From positions 399 through 64,398 of the forward strand of contig JAJDUM010000055.1 of NCBI GenBank assembly GCA_022826645.1: a stretch of DNA of 64,000 nt, given 5' to 3'. Below, piece after piece: positions 36,521 through 44,465 of this stretch (positions within the stretch are counted from its first letter, which is position 1; each line of letters starts with the position of its first letter). The translations under genes were made by a program, and so were the position numbers. Source of the DNA: Candidatus Poribacteria bacterium. Lineage in GTDB: Bacteria; Poribacteria; WGA-4E; PCPOR2b. A model generated the notes under the pieces. It made no database searches and was not told the origin of the DNA. It was given only the letters and a program-made list of their open reading frames with translations.

Positions 36521-36636
36521 TGTCTAGGGAGAATTTACTATCATTTATGGTGGATTTTAGAATTACTTGGACACTGCCAATCGGCGAGGTGAGCAAACCT
36601 CGACTACTGGGGTTAGAAAAATCTGGACTACCACCC

Positions 36637-36661
36637 GGTAGGTGCGGTTTCTAACCGCACC
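36637..36661. repeat. Palindromic repeat core (copy 3), with mosaic hairpin modules to about 36770
   Basis: Exact 25-nt core. Relative to copy 1, about 54 nt of CCCGATaaATCGG and CCCGACctGTCGGG hairpins sit inside the 3' arm before CCTACCAAACATG(A/G)GGAGCG. Confidence 0.8.
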
Positions 36662-36904
36662 GAATAGGCACGTCCCGATAAATCGGAATCCCGACCTGTC
36701 GGGAGAACCAGCGCCTACCAAACATGAGGAGCGAAAGTGTCTATTTATTTTTGTAATCTACCATAATTGGTTCTGTTTGCTGCATTACGGAAATTACCTA
36801 GAGTTTACACTTTTGCGATGTCTGTTTTCAGTTCCGATACGGATGCTAACAGATTGGTTGTCGGATGGACTGCGAACCCTTCCAATCAGAACAGGAGATT
36901 GCTG

Positions 36905-37732
36905 ATGGAACAGCAACCACGAGAAAAATATGAACTCACCCTCGATCAGCGGCGCTTCTTTGGGACCCAAGGCTATCTGAAGGTCGAAGGATTGCTGAGT
37001 AACGAAGATCTGCGTGAACTTGATCGCCATTCAATGGATATGGCGATGGGGAAGGTCGACTTCAGCGAACTGGAGGGGGTTACACCGAGAGGTGAGGGCA
37101 ACACGCCCGCGGATATGGAGGACAAGTTTTTCCGTTTCATTCAATTCCACCGTCATCTGGAGGTCCATGAACGGTATCTACTCCATCTCCGCATCCTTGA
37201 TGTGCTTGAAACCTTGATTGGACCCGATGTGATGGCAATGCAGTCGATGCTTTTCCTTAAGCCGCCGAAAAAATCTGGTCAAGCGTATCATCAGGATTCC
37301 TTTTACATCAAGACTGCCCCCGATACGCTGTGCGGGGCTTGGATAGCCATTGACGATTGCGACGAGGAGAATGGCTGCATGTATGTTGTTCCCGGGTCCC
37401 ACCTGCATCCCATCTACGAGGAGGTGGCGCTGCCGGACAATACCGATGATTTTCAAGACAGGTTGACCGAGATTGTAGGTGTGAACGAAAGTAGTGAGGT
37501 GCCAGCGACCGCCAGTGCTGGAGATGTGATCTTCTTCCACGGTCACCTCATCCATAGATCTAAACAGAATCGCTCTAAAGATCGATTTCGGCGGTCATAC
37601 GTCTGCCACTATGCCAACGCCCGCTCTTATACCGAATGGGGCGAAGGCAATCAGAATCATATCCTTGCGCGTGGGGCAACGCATATGCCGTTTGCTGCGC
37701 CTCGCTTTGTTACGCATGATCCGCTTGGGTAG
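36905..37732 (+). CDS. Phytanoyl-CoA dioxygenase (PhyH) family Fe(II)/2OG oxygenase
   Basis: MEQQPREKYELTLDQRRFFGTQGYL...; HQDSFY...; GDVIFFHGHLIHRS. The ORF track start 36767 lies inside the repeat, so ATG 36905 is preferred. Confidence 0.8.
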   Translation: MEQQPREKYELTLDQRRFFGTQGYLKVEGLLSNEDLRELDRHSMDMAMGKVDFSELEGVTPRGEGNTPADMEDKFFRFIQFHRHLEVHERYLLHLRILDVLETLIGPDVMAMQSMLFLKPPKKSGQAYHQDSFYIKTAPDTLCGAWIAIDDCDEENGCMYVVPGSHLHPIYEEVALPDNTDDFQDRLTEIVGVNESSEVPATASAGDVIFFHGHLIHRSKQNRSKDRFRRSYVCHYANARSYTEWGEGNQNHILARGATHMPFAAPRFVTHDPLG

Positions 37733-37932
37733 TGTCCAATTTAGTGTTTATGGTGAATTAGACAAATAAGTGGACATTTGCCGACAACTTCGACCTTCGA
37801 GCAGTTTCTGAAGTCCCCCTGACAAGGGGGTTAGCCGTACATTGGAAGTGTCTAAGTAATTGTAAAACCTACCATAGTTTCGGTTTTTAAGAGTGTCAGT
37901 TCGTTACGCTGAAACTTGGAAAGGAGATTTAG

Positions 37933-38784
37933 ATGAAAGATCAAGATTTCAAACTGACGGATCAGCAGATCAATTTTTTTCAGACCTTCGGTTATCTGAG
38001 TTTTCCCGGACTTCTGGCAGACCGTAGCGACGAAATCATCGACGCCTTTGAAGCGGTTTGGACAGAACGTGGGGGAGGTCATGACGGGAAACCCCACGAG
38101 GGAACAGCGCGCTCGTGCATCGTTCCGTTCATTGATCAAAGCGAATACCTATCTTCGCTGTTGGACGAGCCCCGTATCTTGGGGATAGCAACTACTCTCC
38201 TCGGTGATGACTTCAACTATATGGGTAGCGATGGAAACTACTACGTCGGGGATACGCGCTGGCATTCTGACGGGGGACACAAGCCGGAGGATCCTACCCA
38301 CCTCAAAATTGCATTTTACCTCGATCATTTAACCCGTGATAGTGGTGCCCTGCGGGTCATCCCCGGGAGTCATCTTTTTGGGGATGGCTATGCGGATCGG
38401 CTTCAGGAGGAGATCCGGGAGAGTGAGGCAGATTGGGGTGTCCACGGCAAGGATGTACCGGCAATCGCATTCGAGACCCGTCCGGGGGATGTGGTTTGCT
38501 TCAATCACAATACCAAACACGCTGCGTTTGGTGGTGGCACACGCCGACGGATGTTCACTATGAACCTCTGCGAACGCTATCCTGAAGACCGATTGGAAGA
38601 TCTACGCACCTACATCGGTGGCTCAGCGCGTTTCTGGATTGACCGAAAATACGGTCCGAAAATGGTAGGTACTGCGGGATCTGGACGGATGGTGCACCTG
38701 GAGCAGGTGATGGCTAACGATGGTCATCTCGCAGAGCTTGCCCAAAAAGCGCGGGAAACAATGAGCGAGCCTTCGCGTGGTTAA
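37933..38784 (+). CDS. Phytanoyl-CoA dioxygenase (PhyH) family protein (second copy)
   Basis: LTDQQINFFQTFGYL...; WHSDG...; GDVVCFNHNTKHAA. Confidence 0.8.
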   Translation: MKDQDFKLTDQQINFFQTFGYLSFPGLLADRSDEIIDAFEAVWTERGGGHDGKPHEGTARSCIVPFIDQSEYLSSLLDEPRILGIATTLLGDDFNYMGSDGNYYVGDTRWHSDGGHKPEDPTHLKIAFYLDHLTRDSGALRVIPGSHLFGDGYADRLQEEIRESEADWGVHGKDVPAIAFETRPGDVVCFNHNTKHAAFGGGTRRRMFTMNLCERYPEDRLEDLRTYIGGSARFWIDRKYGPKMVGTAGSGRMVHLEQVMANDGHLAELAQKARETMSEPSRG

Positions 38785-38896
38785 GTGCACTCCCCGTGCA
38801 ACTTGTCTATTCCCTTACTTTGGGTGATTCCTGTTTGGATTCGGGGGTTCGATGCGTTCTTGAGCCCCTGAATCTGTAGTAGCGATTATGGATCCG

Positions 38897-39937
38897 CTAA
38901 AACGCTGATTGCACCCCTTCCATTTTTCCACTGCTTGCGGACCGCTCACACGCGTCCAGTACCGCGATGACCTTTGTGCCGACCTCTGCGTTGATCAGCG
39001 GCTGTTTGTCGTGCTTGAGGCAGTCTTCAAAATGTAGCATATAACGCACAACTTCCCCGATATGCCCGATATCGCCGATCTCATCTGTTTCCATAGAGGC
39101 AGCTTCTTCGACAGGGATCACGCTGTGATGGTCATCATCGAAAATTGCCTGCCCATTGACAACGCTGCCAGCAGTCCCATAGATCGATAGGCCCAGCATT
39201 GGCATCGGTGCATGACAGAGACCGTAAAGCCCAAGCACACGTCCGAGCCGTCCATCTTCGTAGATTAGGTTGACCATCCAGTTATCGTTGAAATGTCCCT
39301 CGCCTGCCGGATATCGACTATCAATTCCACTTTCGTGGGCAATTGCATGTACGGCATTGGGGAAACCGAGAAACCAGATAATGAGATCCATCGGATGACA
39401 CAGTCCACCGTAAAGCGTTTTCTGAGGCATCTGGTGTCTCCAAGGAGTTGCTGTGAGGACGCTGCGCATATCGTGCACGTAATGCGCTTCAGCTGCAACG
39501 ATGCTGCCAAGCCTACCAGAATTCGCGAGTCGGTGCGTGTGCATGAAATCTGGTCGAAAACGACAGGTCTGTCCAATCATAAGTTTCAAACCGGTTTCCC
39601 GCGTTTTCTGTAATACACGAACTGCATCGTCGAGGCTGTCAACAAAACCTTTTGTACAGATCACATGCTTACCGCAATCGAGCGCGTCAAGGCAGTGCTG
39701 TGCATGAAGTGGATCCGGTGTGTATATACCGACGATATCAATGTCGTCTCGCCGGAGAATTTCCCGATAGTCCGTCGTTGTGAACGGGACATTATGTTCT
39801 GCACGGATGCTCTCAAGCCGGTCTGTATCTGTATCACAAATTCCCCGAACTTCCAGAGTAGTATCAGGAATCTGTTTAATCCCGAACATCGACTTACCCA
39901 TCCCTAAGCCAATAATACCGACGCCAATTTTCCCCAT
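38897..39937 (-). CDS. Gfo/Idh/MocA family oxidoreductase
   Basis: MGKIGVGIIGLGMGK Rossmann N-terminus; DIVGIYTPDPLHAQH; CTKG. Confidence 0.85.
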   Translation of the reverse strand: MGKIGVGIIGLGMGKSMFGIKQIPDTTLEVRGICDTDTDRLESIRAEHNVPFTTTDYREILRRDDIDIVGIYTPDPLHAQHCLDALDCGKHVICTKGFVDSLDDAVRVLQKTRETGLKLMIGQTCRFRPDFMHTHRLANSGRLGSIVAAEAHYVHDMRSVLTATPWRHQMPQKTLYGGLCHPMDLIIWFLGFPNAVHAIAHESGIDSRYPAGEGHFNDNWMVNLIYEDGRLGRVLGLYGLCHAPMPMLGLSIYGTAGSVVNGQAIFDDDHHSVIPVEEAASMETDEIGDIGHIGEVVRYMLHFEDCLKHDKQPLINAEVGTKVIAVLDACERSASSGKMEGVQSAF

Positions 39938-40066
39938 GTTGTTATCCTCTCCTGTCTATGCGTAGGAACTACACATTTTACACGCAAAGATACGAGAATG
40001 GTTCCATCGCAGCATTGCGGGCTTTGTCATAGTCTGTCAATTGTATTGCAAAGAATTATAAATAAT

Positions 40067-40332
40067 AGGAGTTACGCAGTTGGGTGCTCAACCCCTCCGT
40101 TCCGAGGGTCTTTGACTTGTAGTTCGGCGATTTATCGCCGCTAGACACCCTTCTCAATCCTGGTCTCCCCGATGGAATCGGGACAGGCGGAACGGACGCC
40201 CGTTTCTTAATTCCGATTTATCGGGGATGAATCGGGCAACTACAATAGAGGATCTATCAAGGGTTCGTAGGGAATAACGATCCTCCGTTCCGAGAGTCCG
40301 AGAGTGGTTCCCTACTGAAGTGCGTAAGTCCT
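40067..40332. mobile_element. 266-bp MITE-like element, same family as 21609-21788 (terminal inverted repeats AGGAGTTACGC / GCGTAAGTCCT)
   Basis: Terminal inverted repeats read directly. Shares the exact 14-mer ATTGTAGTTGCCCG (inverted) and the 10-mer CCGAACTACA (inverted) with the other copy. Internal hairpins include GGCGATTTATCGCC, CCCCGATggaATCGGG and CCGATTTATCGGGG. Confidence 0.6.
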
Positions 40333-40658
40333 AAATAATTACGAATCATTACATTACTCGCATCGCATAAGTTGCTAAATAGCTTGTAGGTTGTGTTCCC
40401 ATCTTCTATATCTGCTCGAAAAAAAACAGATTTGCGTACGATGAGAATTCAGAGTGATATGCTGTAGTCCTTATGAACGGTGGTTACAGCGGTTCGGAGG
40501 AGGTCTGCTACTCGCAATTTGGGTTAATTTAACGGATTTTCGGGGAAAAGGCAAGGCGATTGAGATAATTGGTCTGAACAATCTGATATTGACCCGTAAC
40601 CAATTATGAGATAGAATTCAAAAGCAAATCCTTCCCCAAGTATAGTATATAATTTTGC

Positions 40659-40687
40659 TTGTATAAAAAAATGGTTTGTGCTACAAT
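40659..40687 (+). promoter_or_regulatory. Sigma70-like promoter candidate for the OmpA-family gene
   Basis: TTGTAT - 17 nt - TACAAT, about 80 nt upstream of ATG 40766. Confidence 0.3.
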
Positions 40688-40765
40688 ATGGCAAACTTAT
40701 GGAAATTGTCATACGATAAACCATATTTGTTCACTTTAGAATGGATCTTTTCCGAGGAGGTAACA

Positions 40766-41638
40766 ATGAGAAATATAGCAGGAATAGCGATTGTTAGCAT
40801 TTTTGTTTTTAGCATCGTCCTCAGCGGCTGCGGCAAATTGAGCAAAGAAGAATTTGCTATGGAGATGGATAAATACAACCAGGAAAATACAGCGTCACAC
40901 ACCGATTTGAGCAACAAAGTTGCTGAGGTCAGTGGTAAGGTTGATGCGCAGGGGGATGCTTTGAGGTCGGAGGTGTCTATGGCAAAGGAAGCTGCCATTA
41001 CTGCCTCTCAACAGGGTGATGCGGATACAATAACAGCCGCCAAAGAGGCAGCTGAAAGTGGAGACGCTAAACTGCGCGAGGAGCTCATGCAGACTACAGA
41101 TATGGTTGGCGCAAAGGCACAGGAAGCCGCCGAATCTGGAGATAAGATGCTGCAAGAACAGATTGCTGCAGTTAAAGATACGAACAAAATGCAAGCCCAA
41201 CAGATATCCGACTTGGAAGCTGCGCTTATGGCGACGAAAAAGGATCTTGCTGCGACTGCGGAGATGGCTGCTGCCAAGCCAATGATGGCGGCTACAGTTC
41301 AATTCCCCAGTGGTAAGGTCGGCTTGACTGCGGCTGCCATGGAAGCCCTTGATAAAGCAGTGGCAAAGATTCAAGCAGATGCTGGGGCGTCGGTACTCGT
41401 CAAAGGGCACGCGGATGGCAGTCCCGTACTCAGGGGGAGATACCGCAGCAACTGGGATCTTTCTCAAGCCCGCGCAGATTCGGTTGCGCAATATCTCAAG
41501 AGCAAAGGTGTAACCAACACAATTAGGTCTCGTGGACTTGGACATACAGAACCTGTTGCGCCAGTCAATACAAAAGCGGGACGCGCCCAGAACCGGCGAG
41601 CAGAGGTCATTATCGTGCCTGCTGGCTCGATGATGTAG
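40766..41638 (+). CDS. OmpA-family lipoprotein with coiled-coil linker
   Basis: GAGGAGG ribosome-binding site; signal plus lipobox ...VLSGC; C-terminal OmpA_C motif ...GHADGSPV...NWDLSQARADSVAQYL...GLGHTEPVAPVNT...NRRAEVII. Confidence 0.8.
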   Translation: MRNIAGIAIVSIFVFSIVLSGCGKLSKEEFAMEMDKYNQENTASHTDLSNKVAEVSGKVDAQGDALRSEVSMAKEAAITASQQGDADTITAAKEAAESGDAKLREELMQTTDMVGAKAQEAAESGDKMLQEQIAAVKDTNKMQAQQISDLEAALMATKKDLAATAEMAAAKPMMAATVQFPSGKVGLTAAAMEALDKAVAKIQADAGASVLVKGHADGSPVLRGRYRSNWDLSQARADSVAQYLKSKGVTNTIRSRGLGHTEPVAPVNTKAGRAQNRRAEVIIVPAGSMM

Positions 41639-41663
41639 TACTTCGCACTGTATCTACTCTCAA

Positions 41664-41707
41664 GGGAAATTGGGTGGAATCGGTTTCATCCCAATTTCCC
41701 TTTTTTT
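41664..41707 (+). terminator. Rho-independent terminator
   Basis: GGGAAATTGGG-n15-CCCAATTTCCC followed by TTTTTTT, 25 nt after the stop. Confidence 0.75.
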
Positions 41708-41738
41708 ATGATAATTCAAGCTGCTGTCTGAAAAGTGC

Positions 41739-42218
41739 ATGGCGAGCAAGAACCAACTATTTGAGGCGAAAACAGAATTTATCGGTACGCGCGGTGTCAG
41801 GGAGTATCGCGAGACCATCCCTGTTTGGGTGAATGCCAGTGACGTTGTGCTCGAAATCGGTTGTGAGTGGGGAACGACGACCGCTTTGATTGCACCGCAT
41901 TGTAAGAAGGTCATTGGTACTGACATCAGCCCTAAGTGTATCGAACGTGCACGGGAAATGCATCCTGACTTGCATTTTGAAGTCTTAGATGGATTTGATG
42001 TCAAGGCTGCACTTGATTTCGGTGAACCGTTCAACAAGATCTATATTGACATATCTGGTTTATCTGGCTACCGGTCTCTGCTTGATACGATTTCGCTGCT
42101 TATGATGTACGCAACTGTGCTGCAACCGGAAGCGATTATCGTCAAAAGCGGTGCGCTCAAACGTTTTGCTGCACACTGCATCCCTTGGCGATCAGGGGCA
42201 TCTCAATCGTCAAATTAG
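41739..42218 (+). CDS. Small SAM-dependent methyltransferase-like protein
   Basis: 159 aa; motif I-like VVLEIGCEWGTTT; DISP motif. Confidence 0.5.
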   Translation: MASKNQLFEAKTEFIGTRGVREYRETIPVWVNASDVVLEIGCEWGTTTALIAPHCKKVIGTDISPKCIERAREMHPDLHFEVLDGFDVKAALDFGEPFNKIYIDISGLSGYRSLLDTISLLMMYATVLQPEAIIVKSGALKRFAAHCIPWRSGASQSSN

Positions 42219-42269
42219 GGGACTTTCCATTCACTGGCTTCAGACTGACCGATTGCAGCTGCGCGCACC

Positions 42270-43004
42270 ATGCACCTCCCACAAGGTCCCGTCACTTACA
42301 AATATATTGAGGTTGGCAAAACACTCTATCAAGCCGTTTCAACGCGAACCCCTCGATTTCCGCCTCGTGTTGCCTATGTGATGCTTAACTCACTATTCGA
42401 GGAGGATCGGGAGCCGATTGCGGTCTATGATCCGTTCTGCGGTAACGGTGTCATCCTCTGTACAGCGTACCTTCTTTTTTGGCAGAAGATAAAAAAAATA
42501 ATTGGGGCAGACCTGCATCCGGTTGTGTTAGAAACGGCGCGGCGAAATTTTCAGTGGCTGAAGGAACAAAACGCGCTTGAGGAGCGATTACGCGCAATCC
42601 GAGCGTACAAAACTGAGAATGATGAACTGAAGACCTCCTATCAGGAGCGGTGTCGGTTGATGTTCAATCATGCGCAGCAAGTTCACCTTGATGTGGAACT
42701 CTTGCAGCGTGATGCAACTCAGATTCAGGAGCATTTAGCATCGATTGATGGGGAGGTTGCCCTCATCACAGATCCGCCTTATGCTCATAACGATCATTGG
42801 GATCCGAGAGATGGGCTTAAATCAGCGGATTTTGGTCCTCTTGAGCCGTTCCTGCAGGGGGTTGCAGAAGCACCGAATGTGGATACACTCCTGATCTGTT
42901 ACCGAGTCGATCAGCCGATTCGGAAATTGTTGGAGATGTATTTTGCAGTAACACCACTCGGCGGAACAAAGGGCAGAGCTATCTATCGATGCGAGCGGCA
43001 ATGA
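42270..43004 (+). CDS. Putative N-methyltransferase with DPPY catalytic motif (nucleic-acid N6/N2 type)
   Basis: Motif I VYDPFCGNG; motif IV ITDPPYAHN; a coiled-coil-like insertion lies between them. Confidence 0.55.
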   Translation: MHLPQGPVTYKYIEVGKTLYQAVSTRTPRFPPRVAYVMLNSLFEEDREPIAVYDPFCGNGVILCTAYLLFWQKIKKIIGADLHPVVLETARRNFQWLKEQNALEERLRAIRAYKTENDELKTSYQERCRLMFNHAQQVHLDVELLQRDATQIQEHLASIDGEVALITDPPYAHNDHWDPRDGLKSADFGPLEPFLQGVAEAPNVDTLLICYRVDQPIRKLLEMYFAVTPLGGTKGRAIYRCERQ

Positions 43005-43060
43005 AGTGTGATGTCTGAGGTGTGGTGAAACCGAAAACAGGGCAGGAGAATTAACGAGAA

Positions 43061-43774
43061 ATGGGCAAGTCGTATAGGATTCTTTCGGTGCTGTTCATAG
43101 GGGTTATCGGCTGTTTCGTGGGAAATATCTCGCTTGGATCAACGGTCGTTCCAGAGACGGCGATTGAACGTGAGCAATCAAACGTATTGTCGGATTTTAT
43201 GAGTCGTGGCGTTGAATCCACATCGTTCCACCTCTCTTTCTTTTCCTACAAGCCAAACTTGGGACAGCTCACGGCACTATTAACCAGTCTCGGTGTTCCA
43301 GCACTCGATGCCGGCTTGATGCCCGTTGTTTCCGTGAAGTTGGAACACATGCCGCAGTTATCTTCCCAGATAGCACTTGGGTACTGGACGAATAGCACCG
43401 CGTTACCGCCGCCGACCGCTGCAGATCTTTCCGCTACCTTTATCCCGATTTCATTCAATTTGCTGTACCAGCCGCTGCTGCTTAGTGACCTCTTTCCGCT
43501 TTATTTCGGTGGTGGGGTTGGGTATTCGCACCTAAGCGTTGCTGGTAGTGCCCTTCCTTTATTAGCGGCAGAGGGGGTGGCTCTTGATAGCGGGAATTCT
43601 GGTTTAACCGGATATGCGCAAATAGGGTTAACGTATCTGCTTCTCGAAGATCAACTGACCCTTACCCTGGAGGCAAAGCGCATCCTCAAGACGTTTGGGG
43701 GGAGCGGCACAGTGCCCTTCGAACTTGATTTTGATGGTACAGCGATTGGCGTTGGGATTGGATTACACTTCTGA
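43061..43774 (+). CDS. Putative outer-membrane beta-barrel protein
   Basis: Signal-like N-terminus; alternating hydrophobic pattern; C-terminal ...GVGIGLHF ends in an aromatic residue. Confidence 0.45.
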   Translation: MGKSYRILSVLFIGVIGCFVGNISLGSTVVPETAIEREQSNVLSDFMSRGVESTSFHLSFFSYKPNLGQLTALLTSLGVPALDAGLMPVVSVKLEHMPQLSSQIALGYWTNSTALPPPTAADLSATFIPISFNLLYQPLLLSDLFPLYFGGGVGYSHLSVAGSALPLLAAEGVALDSGNSGLTGYAQIGLTYLLLEDQLTLTLEAKRILKTFGGSGTVPFELDFDGTAIGVGIGLHF

Positions 43775-43779
43775 GGAGA

Positions 43780-44304
43780 ATGAAGTTGAAGACGAATTTC
43801 TTGCAAGACAAAGCAGTAAGAAAAATTTTGCCTTGGCTCGCTTGTGGATGTCTAATTGCAATTTTAGGCTGTGAGACCGGCATAATAGACAATTTCGCAG
43901 GTATTAAGGTTGAAACTACTTTTCGGCCCAATGAGATTGAGTTCGACATCTTTCTACTGAATGAGAATGGTCGTCCCTTAATTCAGCATGGAAGTATCTT
44001 GACACCGGGAACTGGTCCCAGGAGCCTCTCAGAATCCAAATTCACGCATCATGTCGAGATCTACTCGATGCGAAATGGTACGAGAAGCAAAAAAGTCTAC
44101 GATGGGCGCCTCATCGGTTTGGTATGGGGAGCGGTCGGTGGAAACCGTAGAGTCCTTTTCGGGGAGATCCCGCATCGGCTTATTGACAAAGATGAACAAA
44201 GTGACACGGACATGGGCGTGATTATTGTCACATTGCAAACAGAAAAGCAGGGACCGTTTAAGGATACACTGGAAAACAGGCGAATTTATAGGCGAACCTT
44301 CTGA
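43780..44304 (+). CDS. Hypothetical lipoprotein
   Basis: Lipobox-like IAILGC; starts 5 nt after the upstream stop. Confidence 0.4.
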   Translation: MKLKTNFLQDKAVRKILPWLACGCLIAILGCETGIIDNFAGIKVETTFRPNEIEFDIFLLNENGRPLIQHGSILTPGTGPRSLSESKFTHHVEIYSMRNGTRSKKVYDGRLIGLVWGAVGGNRRVLFGEIPHRLIDKDEQSDTDMGVIIVTLQTEKQGPFKDTLENRRIYRRTF

Positions 44305-44465
44305 TTGGAGTCGCAATCTCCAATATCTTTCCCTCTCATGATAACTCAAATTGACCTACCCGAATTCTTATCACACAATTTTGGTTAATCCCTTCCTCTC
44401 CTTTTTCGTCATTCTAATGTCTATATATAACACAGTTCAATATCTAACAGCTAAAAAAAGAAAAT

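Noticed and set aside
41739-43004. Stop-codon read-through joining the two methyltransferase ORFs, which share a frame
   Set aside because: After TAG 42216-42218 the same frame hits TGA at 42246-42248 before the second ORF's ATG at 42270, so they are separate genes.
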